A DNA stretch of 64,000 bases from Gemmatimonadales bacterium (GTDB lineage Bacteria > Gemmatimonadota > Gemmatimonadetes > Gemmatimonadales > GWC2-71-9): assembly GCA_965249575.1 (NCBI GenBank), contig OZ252244.1, positions 3,744,001 through 3,808,000 on the forward strand, in the 5' to 3' direction. Of this stretch, positions 1 to 10,497 are shown piece after piece. Both the position numbers and the translations under genes were made by a program. The notes under the pieces are model-generated. The model was not told the origin of the DNA. It made no database searches and saw only the letters and a program-made list of their open reading frames with translations. Numbering within the stretch: the stretch's first letter is position 1; each line of letters begins with the position of its first letter.

Positions 1-1206
1 ATCGGAAAAGCCTGGGAAGTCACGTCTAACTCGTGGGAATATACCGGTGACGGTCATGCCCTGGCATATGAGTCCGGCGCCGAGCTCATCGATATGGAGT
101 TCGTGCAGTTCCATCCAACGGGTATGGTGTGGCCGCCGAGCGTTCGAGGAATCCTGGTGACCGAGGGAGTGCGAGGAGAAGGCGGGATTCTGACGAACTC
201 AGAAGGCAGGCGGTTCATGTTCGAGAACGTCCCCGACATGTTCAAAGGGGACTTCGCCGAGAGTGAGGCGGAAGCTGATCGATGGGTAGCTGGCGATCGG
301 AAGAATAACCGGCGGCCGCCCGAGCTCCTGACACGAGACGTGATCGCACGAGCCATCATGCGGGAAGTCAAAGAGGGCCAGGGCAGTCCACATGGAGGTG
401 CATTCCTGAACATCGCGGCAAAGCAGAGCCCGGAATACATCAGGAAAAAACTGCCATCGATGTTCCATCAGTTCAAAGAGCTGGCCGGTGTGGACATCAC
501 CCGCGAGAGGATGGAGGTTGGGCCGACGACGCACTATATGATGGGTGGAGTAAAGGTCGATCCCGAGACGCAAGCGGCGACGGTGCCCGGGCTCTTCGCC
601 GCTGGAGAAGTCGCGGCAGGATTGCACGGGGCCAACCGGCTCGGAGGCAATTCGCTGAGTGATTTGCTGGTGTTCGGTCGCCGGGCGGGTGCGGGTGCCG
701 CCGATTTCGCCGCCTCGCAGGGGCCCGCTTCGGCCATTCCGGCCAGCGAAGTACAGCAGGCATTAGACGACTCCCTCGCCCCGTTCGGCCGCACGGAGGG
801 TGAGAATCCATACGAGCTGCAATCCGATCTACAACGGCTCATGCAGGCCGATGCCGGAATCGTCCGCGACCAAGACGGTCTCCAGCGCGCCGTCGGGGAG
901 GTGCAAAAACTCGCGCAGCGCGCTCGCAAGGTCGCGGTCGTCGGGAGCCGAGAGTACAACCCCGGCTGGAACACGGCCATTGACCTTCGATCCCTGCTCA
1001 CCGTGTCCGAAGCGGTAGCGCGGGCCGGGGCAGCCCGCGCAGAGAGCCGGGGAGCCCACACCCGCCTCGATTTTCCCGATAGCGAGCCCAGGCTCGAGCG
1101 CGTCGAGCTCGTGATCCGCAAGGAGAATGGACAGATGAGTGTCTCCGAGCGCGCGCAGCCCGAGGTTCCCGCCGACCTCGCAAACATCATCAAGGAAGGC
1201 CGCTAA
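1..1206 (+). CDS. sdhA: Succinate dehydrogenase/fumarate reductase flavoprotein subunit, 5'-truncated by window edge
   Basis: Frame is open from base 1 (IGKAWEVTSNSWEYTGDG...). Motifs MEFVQFHPTG, TEGVRGEGG, HYMMGG, HGANRLGGNSL, ESRGAH. Stop overlaps the sdhB start (TAATG). Confidence 0.93.
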   Translation: MGKAWEVTSNSWEYTGDGHALAYESGAELIDMEFVQFHPTGMVWPPSVRGILVTEGVRGEGGILTNSEGRRFMFENVPDMFKGDFAESEAEADRWVAGDRKNNRRPPELLTRDVIARAIMREVKEGQGSPHGGAFLNIAAKQSPEYIRKKLPSMFHQFKELAGVDITRERMEVGPTTHYMMGGVKVDPETQAATVPGLFAAGEVAAGLHGANRLGGNSLSDLLVFGRRAGAGAADFAASQGPASAIPASEVQQALDDSLAPFGRTEGENPYELQSDLQRLMQADAGIVRDQDGLQRAVGEVQKLAQRARKVAVVGSREYNPGWNTAIDLRSLLTVSEAVARAGAARAESRGAHTRLDFPDSEPRLERVELVIRKENGQMSVSERAQPEVPADLANIIKEGR

Positions 1207-1949
1207 TGGCTCAGCGCACGTTCAAGGTGTTCCGGGGGACGCGCGAGCAGAATGCGATCGAACAGTACCGCGTCGAGTGTGATGAAGGCATGGTCGTCCT
1301 CGACGCCGTACTCCGATTGCAGGCGGAGCAGGAGCCAGACCTGGCGTGCCGCTGGAATTGCAAGGCCGGGAAGTGCGGGAGCTGTAGCGCCGAAATCAAC
1401 GGCAAGCCCCGTCTCATGTGCATGACGCGTCTGTCGGACTATGACGCTGACAGCGTCGTCACCATCACGCCGATGCGTGCATTCCCCGTGATCAAGGACC
1501 TGGTTACGGATGTCTCTTGGAATTATGAGGTCAATCGGCGCATTCCGCGATTCGCCCCGCGGGCGCCGGACTTTCCGGACGGATCGTGGCGGATGTTCCA
1601 GTACGAGGTGGAGCGACCCCAGGAGTTCCGGAAGTGCATCGAGTGCTTCTTGTGCCAGGACGTTTGCCATGTACTCCGGACACACGAGAAACACAACGAG
1701 TTCATGGGCCCTGCATTCCTGACCCGAGCCGCCGTGTATGAGACGCACCCCCTAGACACGGCCGATCGGTCGGAGCATATCAAGGAGGCGGGCGGTATCG
1801 GCTACTGCAACATCACCAAGTGTTGCACGGAGGTTTGTCCCGAGAGCATCCGGATTACGGACAACGCGATCATTCCGTTGAAGGAGCGAGTGGTGGATCG
1901 CCACTACGATCCGGTAAAGAAATTGGTACGGCTCGTCATGGGTAGGTAG
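1206..1949 (+). CDS. sdhB: Succinate dehydrogenase/fumarate reductase iron-sulfur subunit
   Basis: CKAGKCGSC...C 2Fe-2S motif plus CIECFLCQDVC and CNITKCCTEVCP clusters; translationally coupled to sdhA. Confidence 0.93.
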   Translation: MAQRTFKVFRGTREQNAIEQYRVECDEGMVVLDAVLRLQAEQEPDLACRWNCKAGKCGSCSAEINGKPRLMCMTRLSDYDADSVVTITPMRAFPVIKDLVTDVSWNYEVNRRIPRFAPRAPDFPDGSWRMFQYEVERPQEFRKCIECFLCQDVCHVLRTHEKHNEFMGPAFLTRAAVYETHPLDTADRSEHIKEAGGIGYCNITKCCTEVCPESIRITDNAIIPLKERVVDRHYDPVKKLVRLVMGR

Positions 1950-2035
1950 CGCGCCGGTCCGATACACGGGCGCCTCGTACGAACTCTCGATCCGCGGTCC
2001 ACTGCCTCCAGTCATCAGCGCCCCAGGAGGACGCC

Positions 2036-2596
2036 ATGATTACGCTTCCCGCACTGTGGTTACCGATTGTTGTCTCAACCGTGTTGGTGTGGATGGCCAG
2101 CGCGCTCGTGTGGATGGCTCTCCCGCACCACAAGTCGGATTTCCGAGGCGTTCCCGATGAGGGGGAACTGCTCAGTGGACTGCGGAAGCGGGGGTTGAGT
2201 CCGGGCCAGTACTGGTTCCCGTACTACCCGGACCAGAAATCCATGAAGACTCCCGAAGCCAAACAGAAACTCGAGGACGGGCCGGTGGGGCTCCTCACGA
2301 TTTGGCCGTCGGGCATGCCAAAGATGGGGAAGTCAATTGGACTGTCGGCAATCTTTTACCTAGTCGTCTCGTCGTTTACCGCGTACGTGGCCGGTCGAAC
2401 GCTGCTGCCGGGGACGGAGTACCTGCACGTCTTCCGCGTGACCGGTACGGTGGCGTTCGTCGCGTACGCCGCGGCGCTCGTTCCAGATGCGATTTGGTTC
2501 GGAAGGCCGTGGAGCAACACGTGGAAGATGGTGGCCGATGGGGCCCTCTACGGGTTGCTCACCGCCGGTGTTTTTGGATGGCTGTGGCCGGAATGA
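2036..2596 (+). CDS. Hypothetical membrane protein (about 4 TM helices)
   Basis: AGGAGG RBS before ATG; hydrophobic segments at the N-terminus and three near the C-terminus. Confidence 0.8.
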   Translation: MITLPALWLPIVVSTVLVWMASALVWMALPHHKSDFRGVPDEGELLSGLRKRGLSPGQYWFPYYPDQKSMKTPEAKQKLEDGPVGLLTIWPSGMPKMGKSIGLSAIFYLVVSSFTAYVAGRTLLPGTEYLHVFRVTGTVAFVAYAAALVPDAIWFGRPWSNTWKMVADGALYGLLTAGVFGWLWPE

Positions 2597-2645
2597 CCTG
2601 TGGGGTTTCAAACGGCGCAGGTGCCGTCCTCCGAGCGGAGCAGGG

Positions 2646-3056
2646 CTACGCGCCGCGATACTCCACATAGTTGCGGGGGGTCTCCCACAGCACGAGCTTC
2701 ACGAGCCGGCCGGGCAGGTGATCCTGTAGCAGGTCCCAGATCACTACGATGATGTTCTCGCTCGTCGGTACGATTTCGGCGAACTCCGGCACGTCCAGAT
2801 TGAGGTTCTTGTGATCGAGGCGCTGAACCACACGGGTCTCGACGATCCGCTTGACCTCGCCCAGATCGGCCACGAACCCCGTGGCCGGGTTGATCTCGCC
2901 CTCCACCGACACATCCAGTTCATAGTTGTGGCCGTGGTAGTTCGGATTGTTGCAGAGCCCGTAGGTCCGCGTGTTCTCTTCGCTGCTGAGCACGGGGCTA
3001 TGGAGACGATGAGCCGCGTTGAAGTGAACGCGGCGCGTGACCATCACGTTCGGCAA
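2646..3056 (-). CDS. queD: 6-carboxytetrahydropterin synthase / 6-pyruvoyl-tetrahydropterin synthase family
   Basis: FNAAHRL, CNNPNYHGHNY, LDHKNLN, PTSEN and LWET motifs. Confidence 0.88.
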   Translation of the reverse strand: MPNVMVTRRVHFNAAHRLHSPVLSSEENTRTYGLCNNPNYHGHNYELDVSVEGEINPATGFVADLGEVKRIVETRVVQRLDHKNLNLDVPEFAEIVPTSENIIVVIWDLLQDHLPGRLVKLVLWETPRNYVEYRGA

Positions 3057-3096
3057 GAAGCGGTCGGGGGCCGTGCCGCGGGCGGCTCGGGTGCTC

Positions 3097-5100
3097 TTAG
3101 GACTCGAGCCGGGCCGAGCGATCGTGCCTGACGACCCATAGCCCGCTGTTGCCGTCGGTAGCGAAGATGTACCCCTTGAACGGCCGGATACCCGAGACGT
3201 CGGGGGTGTTGACCTTCAATGCGTCGGTCTCCGCGGCCGAGCGAAACCTACCCAGCTCACGGCCCTGACGGTACAAGTCCCCCAGCAGCCGACCGGTGAT
3301 GTCGACAAAGCGAATCCCGGCACCGCCGCTAGACGCGATGTGCAACACGTCACTCTCAATCCATACATCCCGGGCGTCGGCTTCGGGGATGGCGACTCTG
3401 GCGACCAGCTCGGGCTCTTCGATTTTCGACACATTGAGTATGTCCACGCGAGCGTTCGGGCCCTCCGGGCAGGCAATACAATTTGTGGGCTCGGCCACGA
3501 TGTACACGTAGTCACCCTGTCGAAACGCCGAGCGCACGAGGGATCCGGGTTTCGAGTGTGCGGCAACGAATGCCGGCGCTACAGCGGATCCCCCCTTCGT
3601 GACGTCGAGGACGACCAGCCCATCCTGCCCGTACGAGAGGTAGAGGTGGCGATTGTCACTCCACACATCGAATAGCCGCTTGTCTCCCTCACCCTTTCGG
3701 TGCTCCCAGTCTGCTACGTGCCTCGGTTGGCTCGGGTCTCCCGCGTCGATGATGCGAAGGCTGTTGCTACCCCCATCAACGGCGTAGAGGGCCCCGTCGG
3801 TCACCCAGACGTTGGGTACTCGTCCCCGAAATCCTTCGCTCAGCTTTCCCATTACGGAAGGGTGAGCCGGGTCTGATAGGTCCAGAAACGTAATTCCCGT
3901 CTGGGCGGAAGCACGTCCGGAATGGGCGACAGCGGCCCATGATCCCGAACCGTTGACCTTGATGTCTTCGATCTCTACGGCGTCGAACGCGACCGAGTCG
4001 GTGAGCTTCACCTCCGAGGGCTTCGTCACGTCCCACACGTACACCCTCGCGTCCCCGGCCTCCGAGCGGGTACCGGTATACGCGTAGTCGCGGATGTCCG
4101 TGCCCGTAAAGACCCACAAGTCGGTGGTGCGGTACTGGGCGACGCCGCCGCGCCCGACAAAGCTGACCGGCGTGCGGCGGGGTCTCGGACCGACCTGGAC
4201 GATGGCCTCCGATATGGCCGACAGCCCTGCCGTGACCAGCACGCGATAGGCCCCGGGATGTTCGGCTACGAACACGCCGTCGTCGGATACGTCGGCACGA
4301 CCCGAGTCCAGCGGCACCACCGAAAACGCCAGCGCGACATCGTCGACTAATTCACCGCGTCCGTCGTATGGAACGGCGCGGAACCGTACTGGGTCGCCGG
4401 TCCGGGACTGGGCGGAGCCCGGAGAAACTGTCACGGTCCGCACCGGGTTCTCGGTCACACGCAGCTCCCGCGACCCGGTGATTCCGTCGACCCGCGCTGA
4501 AATCGAGACCTTGCCCGGCTTGATCAGGCGTACGACGCCGCTGGGTGTAACCGTCGCGCGGCACGGATCCTCGGTGCGCCAGATCAGCTTGGCTTGTTCA
4601 TTCTTCGTTTCTCGGTCCGTAAAGGCGGTCGCATCCAGCTTGAACGTCGTGCCCACGTAGGGAGAGACTTCGGGGGCGCCAATCTCGATTCGCGCCACCG
4701 GCCAGTCTTTCACCAAAACCCCAACGGAATCGATACGTCGTGGATCCGGCGTGTCTCCCTGGAGCGGTAGCTGGATTGCGACGTACAGGGTGAGCTGTCC
4801 CGGGCGGTCTGCCGAAAGCCGGAAGTCGCCCTCGGTACCGTCTCGGATCAAGTTCACGATGCCGGAGCCTCCCTCGAGGTCCCACGCCACTCCTGGTATT
4901 TCTTGGCCACCTTCATCCTCGAACACAACCCTGCCCACCGCGGTATCCCCGCGAGCGACTTGTATCGGATTGGGTGTGATGGTCACACGGTCGACGCGCG
5001 CGCCGGCCTCGAGTGCGTTGGCCGAGGGTTCTTGAGACGCTGAAACGGTTGCTACCGCCACCAGCAAGAACGCGGAGATTACCGACACTTTAGGGTCCAT
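3097..5100 (-). CDS. Secreted protein with Ig-like domains and an LVIVD-repeat beta-propeller
   Basis: GAGGA RBS before ATG 5100; signal peptide MDPKVSVISAFLLVAVATVSA; Ig-like repeats (VTITPNP, VTVSPGS); repeated 'VWDVTKP / FLDLSDP / IIDAGDP / VLDVT' blades. Confidence 0.8.
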   Translation of the reverse strand: MDPKVSVISAFLLVAVATVSASQEPSANALEAGARVDRVTITPNPIQVARGDTAVGRVVFEDEGGQEIPGVAWDLEGGSGIVNLIRDGTEGDFRLSADRPGQLTLYVAIQLPLQGDTPDPRRIDSVGVLVKDWPVARIEIGAPEVSPYVGTTFKLDATAFTDRETKNEQAKLIWRTEDPCRATVTPSGVVRLIKPGKVSISARVDGITGSRELRVTENPVRTVTVSPGSAQSRTGDPVRFRAVPYDGRGELVDDVALAFSVVPLDSGRADVSDDGVFVAEHPGAYRVLVTAGLSAISEAIVQVGPRPRRTPVSFVGRGGVAQYRTTDLWVFTGTDIRDYAYTGTRSEAGDARVYVWDVTKPSEVKLTDSVAFDAVEIEDIKVNGSGSWAAVAHSGRASAQTGITFLDLSDPAHPSVMGKLSEGFRGRVPNVWVTDGALYAVDGGSNSLRIIDAGDPSQPRHVADWEHRKGEGDKRLFDVWSDNRHLYLSYGQDGLVVLDVTKGGSAVAPAFVAAHSKPGSLVRSAFRQGDYVYIVAEPTNCIACPEGPNARVDILNVSKIEEPELVARVAIPEADARDVWIESDVLHIASSGGAGIRFVDITGRLLGDLYRQGRELGRFRSAAETDALKVNTPDVSGIRPFKGYIFATDGNSGLWVVRHDRSARLES

Positions 5101-5284
5101 CGGGCGTTCCTCATTCAGGTGACGAGGGGGAGTAGCCGTGACGAATATTAGCTCCCTGGTATGACGCTCGAAACCCCGGAATGTTCCGGCATCGGGGTTT
5201 ACTGTGGACACGGAACGCGGGAGATCTTATCGTGCGCAGGCGTTGAGCCTGCGGTGCCGCTCTTGCCGCAACGAGCGGCGGCCC

Positions 5285-6325
5285 ATGCCGAGGGGATCCA
5301 CGTCGCCGCCGCCAAAGGGAGAGCCTCTGAGTCAGCGCGCGACCAACGCCGCTGGTGTCTTGCTTGCTACGCTCGTTGCCGGGCCGCTCGAAGCACAAGC
5401 GCCAGGCATCGATGTGCTGTACGGCAGGTGGTGGGGTGATTCAGGCACGAGCGTGTATTCCGCCGCCTACGTGCGGCCGGCCTTGGGTCCCATTAGCTAC
5501 GGCCTGGGAGTGATCCACATCGACGACAGACTTTCACCCCTCAACCGCACCCAGACCGGGGGCGAGCTAACTGTTGGCCTGGGCCGTCAAGGATCCGGCC
5601 CTTACTCCATTGGCGCGGTGAGCCTGGCAATGCGTCACGACGATGGAAGCCTCGACGCGCACTGGAGTGTCGGGTTGGGATATGCGTTTCGGGCGGTGTC
5701 GGCGGTGTCGCTGGGTATCGAAGCTGCGTACCGGGTCGAAGACAGCCGCGCCCAGGGCTTCTGGCGGCTCGACCCGTCGGATCGCCGAGGCGTCGTCCTC
5801 CAGGGACGCTTGATGGTGCGGTTGGGAAGCGGGGGCGAGCGCGCGGGCAGGCCTCGGGGGGGAGCGGGTGTGCTTCCAACATCGATGGCTGGCAGTGAGG
5901 CCCGAGCGGGCCGACGGCTTCGGATGCCGGACGGCGCCGCCACCGCCGCGCGGGTTGTCGAGATCGCGCTTGCGGCCATGGGCACGCCCTATCAATGGGG
6001 GGGGTCAGACGCCAACGGATACGACTGCTCGGGTCTGATTCAGTTCGCGTACGGCGAGCACGGGATTCTGTTGCCGCGCGTGAGTAGAGACCAAGCACGA
6101 TTGGGTACCGCGGTCGACCTCGCAGTGGGAGGGCTTGCACCGGGGGACATCCTCGGCTTCGCACTCGAAGGAACGCGTGTGTCGCATGTGGGCCTCTACG
6201 TTGGCGGTGGGGATTTCATTCATTCGACGTCGACGGGTGTCCGGCTCTCCAGCCTGAGCGCTACCGATCCGGATAGTCAGTGGTGGCAGACTCGTTGGGT
6301 CTCCGCTCGACGGCTGCTCGAGTAG
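5285..6325 (+). CDS. NlpC/P60 (C40) peptidase with an N-terminal putative outer-membrane beta-barrel; start uncertain (5204 or 5285)
   Basis: GTPYQWGG, YDCSGL and SHVGLY..FIH catalytic triad; signal-like segment ending LEA-Q followed by amphipathic beta strands. Confidence 0.85.
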   Translation: MPRGSTSPPPKGEPLSQRATNAAGVLLATLVAGPLEAQAPGIDVLYGRWWGDSGTSVYSAAYVRPALGPISYGLGVIHIDDRLSPLNRTQTGGELTVGLGRQGSGPYSIGAVSLAMRHDDGSLDAHWSVGLGYAFRAVSAVSLGIEAAYRVEDSRAQGFWRLDPSDRRGVVLQGRLMVRLGSGGERAGRPRGGAGVLPTSMAGSEARAGRRLRMPDGAATAARVVEIALAAMGTPYQWGGSDANGYDCSGLIQFAYGEHGILLPRVSRDQARLGTAVDLAVGGLAPGDILGFALEGTRVSHVGLYVGGGDFIHSTSTGVRLSSLSATDPDSQWWQTRWVSARRLLE

Positions 6326-6381
6326 ATCTCCGTCCGCTCGATTCAGCCCGACGTAGAAACCGCATTCGATAGGGATAAGAC

Positions 6382-6915
6382 GTGGCGTGGATTCGGTGGA
6401 TCCCGGAAGATGAAGCGTCTGAACTATACCGCCGAGTCGGCGGGCGTGATGGGGTCGATCACATTCTCAAAATTCACTCGCTCAACGCGGAGTCGCTCGA
6501 GGGCCACTTCACGGTCTACCAGCACCTCATGCGTGGCCCGTCGGGGCTCTCACGGGCCGAACGAGAGATGATCGCTGTGGTTGTCTCGAGCGCCAACAAG
6601 TGCTTCTACTGAATCCGCCACCACGGAGCGGGTCTCCGTAGGCTGCTACGGGACGAGCGCAAAGTCCATGCGCTCGAGACCGACTATCAAACTGCGGCGC
6701 TCAGCGAGCGGGAGCGGGCCATGCTGGACTATGCCGTGAAACTCACTCGCTCGCCTGACGCCATGGGTGCATCCGACGTCGATGCCCTCCGACTGGTCGG
6801 CATGACCGACGGGGAGATTCTCGACGTTTGCCAGATCACGGCCTACTACAACTACGTGAACCGGCTGGCGGATGGGTTGGGAGTAGAGCTCGAACCCTAC
6901 TGGCAACGGCAGTAA
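6382..6915 (+). CDS. AhpD/carboxymuconolactone-decarboxylase-family peroxidase-related selenoprotein (CxxU; UGA 6610-6612 read as Sec)
   Basis: ORFs 6382-6612 and 6721-6915 share a frame and are separated only by one TGA. Read-through gives EREMIAVVVSSANKCFY-U-IRHH...AMLDYAVKLT...AYYNYVNRLADGLGV (177 aa). SECIS-like hairpin downstream; tRNA-Sec present in the window. Confidence 0.9.
6613..6639 (+). promoter_or_regulatory. Putative bacterial SECIS element
   Basis: ACGGAG(6623-6628)-CGGGT loop-CTCCGT(6634-6639). The apical loop follows a 16-nt spacer after the UGA and has G at its second position. Confidence 0.78.
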
Positions 6916-6931
6916 CGCTTCTGGCGTTTCG

Positions 6932-7696
6932 CTATGGGGTCGGTTCGGTGAACACCCCGTCGACGACCGCCGTTCCGATAGCCACCTCCGGAAAGAAGAT
7001 CCTCGACCTGCCAGTGAGTGAAGGGCGGCTGAGCGACACGACGAGCGGCCCGCGCCGTTCCCATCCTTCCCATCGGTTACGAGTGTTGGTCGCCGTGTCC
7101 GCGCGGTGGCGGAAGTGTTCCCACCACCCGATGAGGTGAGAATCGGGATCGAGGTACACATTGTAGCGATTATCTGGGGTGAGCCCGACGGAATCGAAAG
7201 TGAGTTCGATCTGAACCCACCGGCGTCCTGTGGGGTCCGTCACACTGCCGCGGTGGGTTAGTGAAACGCCTGGGTCCCGCCACTTAAACGGCATGAGCAG
7301 CCAATAGACGTCGTTGATGTGCGCCCCGTAGGCGCGATCCAGCAAGGTCCGCACGGTATCGCCGGCCAGCCTTCGGCCGTCGATCCACACGCTGCCATTC
7401 CGGCTTTCGGTGTCGAAATAGGCCACTAGCTGCCCGCCGTCGTGGGGCATTTCGAGCCGGTACCGGCCGGTCCAACGATCCCAGACGTGCCGCCGTCTGA
7501 AGGTCGAGCCGTTCGGCCGCTCAACAGCCCACACGAAATCGAAGTACCGCGCGGATTCCCACGCCTCCCGTCCTCCCATGGCCTCAACCATGAGCGATTC
7601 GGCTTCGAGTGCTGCGCCGCCGGACGCTTGTGCGAGGCCATCCCGGGAGATCAAGGTCGCGAATAGCAGTGAGGCCAGGGGCACGGTGCGCCACAT
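6932..7696 (-). CDS. Secreted hypothetical protein (possibly DUF6503-like)
   Basis: GGAG RBS; signal peptide ending GLA-Q; 'EAMGGREAW', 'INDVYWLLMPFKWRDPGV' and 'GLTPDNRY' motifs. Confidence 0.78.
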   Translation of the reverse strand: MWRTVPLASLLFATLISRDGLAQASGGAALEAESLMVEAMGGREAWESARYFDFVWAVERPNGSTFRRRHVWDRWTGRYRLEMPHDGGQLVAYFDTESRNGSVWIDGRRLAGDTVRTLLDRAYGAHINDVYWLLMPFKWRDPGVSLTHRGSVTDPTGRRWVQIELTFDSVGLTPDNRYNVYLDPDSHLIGWWEHFRHRADTATNTRNRWEGWERRGPLVVSLSRPSLTGRSRIFFPEVAIGTAVVDGVFTEPTP

Positions 7697-7851
7697 GGGT
7701 CATCTCCGAGGAGGGTAACAGCAGGGAATCTCGGCGTTCGCCAGGGTCGGCGCCAGGGCAGCCGCTGCCTCGGGAACGAGTGGCACGCTCGGTCGGTGGC
7801 CTCCGCATCGGCGTGCCTGTAGTGGCACTGGCGGATCCAAGTCTCGGGTGC

Positions 7852-7880
7852 TTGACAAGGCAGGGCGAGAGGTTTTTCTT
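7852..7880 (+). promoter_or_regulatory. Sigma70-type promoter of groESL
   Basis: Perfect -35 TTGACA at 7852-7857; the -10 is weak (TTTCTT at 17-nt spacing); directly upstream of CIRCE. Confidence 0.5.
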
Positions 7881-7887
7881 TAGCTCG

Positions 7888-7914
7888 TTAGCACTCAGTA
7901 TCATAGAGTGCTAA
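7888..7914 (+). promoter_or_regulatory. CIRCE element (HrcA operator)
   Basis: Perfect TTAGCACTC-N9-GAGTGCTAA upstream of groES. Confidence 0.97.
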
Positions 7915-7965
7915 TTACGCTAACTGGTTGATGGACAACGTTTTAGTAGACGGAGGCACGAGGAC

Positions 7966-8274
7966 ATGCCAAGTTCCACAAAGGCGAAGGTCAAGGTGCA
8001 GCCTCTCGGCGACCGGGTTGTCATTCGGCCGCTCGAGGAAACGGAGCAAATGCGGGGCGGACTCTACATTCCCGATACCGCCAAGGAAAAGCCACAGCAG
8101 GGTGAGATTGTGGCGGTGGGGCCAGGTCGGTTCGAGAAGAGTGATCGTGTTCCAATGGAGCTGAAGGTGGGGCAAAAGGTGCTGTATGGGAAGTACAGCG
8201 GAACGGAGGTCACGATCGACGACGAACAGCTATTGATCATCAAAGAGCCGGACGTCCTGGCCGTCATCGGCTGA
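7966..8274 (+). CDS. groES: Co-chaperonin GroES
   Basis: QPLGDRVVI, GGLYIPDTAKEKPQQGE and KYSGTEV motifs; GGAGG/GAGG RBS. Confidence 0.98.
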   Translation: MPSSTKAKVKVQPLGDRVVIRPLEETEQMRGGLYIPDTAKEKPQQGEIVAVGPGRFEKSDRVPMELKVGQKVLYGKYSGTEVTIDDEQLLIIKEPDVLAVIG

Positions 8275-8297
8275 GACAGTCTGCCAAGGGAGTCTGA

Positions 8298-9944
<1,647 letters not shown>

Positions 9945-9967
9945 GCTCCACGGCCACTTTAATCACT

Positions 9968-10008
9968 GCGAGCGCCTCGGAGATTTCCTCTGGGGCGTTC
10001 GTGTTTTT
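9968..10008 (+). terminator. Rho-independent terminator after groEL
   Basis: GCGAGCGCCTCGGAG / CTCTGGGGCGTTCGT stem (with G-U pairs) followed by a T run at 10004-10008. Confidence 0.75.
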
Positions 10009-10072
10009 GGGGGGTGAGATGGCCGGGACCCATGAGGGTCGCATGGCGTATCATACTGTCGGGAGGTACCTT

Positions 10073-10465
10073 ATGCGTATGAAGTTAGGTGCTGTGCTGG
10101 TCGGCGCGGTCGCCCTGGGCATCGTGCCCGCCAGAGCGGCAGCTCAGTCGTCCGGCGCGAGGCTTGCAGGCACGTGGCGTGCGGAAACGCCAGATGGCCC
10201 GCGATCCATCGTCATTCGGCCCGACTCCTCAGCCAGCTTTGGTGAAGAAACGGTACGCTGGCGTGTGGTTGGTGACTCGATACACATCGCATTCGGCGAT
10301 GAGTGGATGGTTTATGCCTACGACATGCGCCGCGGTAAGCTCACGGTTTCAGGCGGGGACTTGGAGGAGCCCGTCATCCTCCAGCGGACGGGAGATCCGT
10401 CTCCCCGCCCTGACTCCGTCCCCGTGCCACCCCCGCCCCCGATCGAGCGGCGAGCCTCCTTGTAA
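10073..10465 (+). CDS. Small secreted hypothetical beta-rich protein
   Basis: GGGAGG RBS before ATG 10073; signal peptide ending AAA-Q; LAGTW motif; Pro-rich tail. Confidence 0.72.
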   Translation: MRMKLGAVLVGAVALGIVPARAAAQSSGARLAGTWRAETPDGPRSIVIRPDSSASFGEETVRWRVVGDSIHIAFGDEWMVYAYDMRRGKLTVSGGDLEEPVILQRTGDPSPRPDSVPVPPPPPIERRASL

Positions 10466-10497
10466 GGACGCCGCACGCGGGGACCACGCCACCCGTA

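Noticed and set aside
6382..6915. Two separate small genes or a pseudogene
   Set aside because: The only interruption is a TGA at a catalytic Cys position with a SECIS-like hairpin, and tRNA-Sec is present; recoding explains it better.
7780..7840. Sigma54-like TGGCAC motifs upstream of groES
   Set aside because: No TTGC -12 element at the required spacing.
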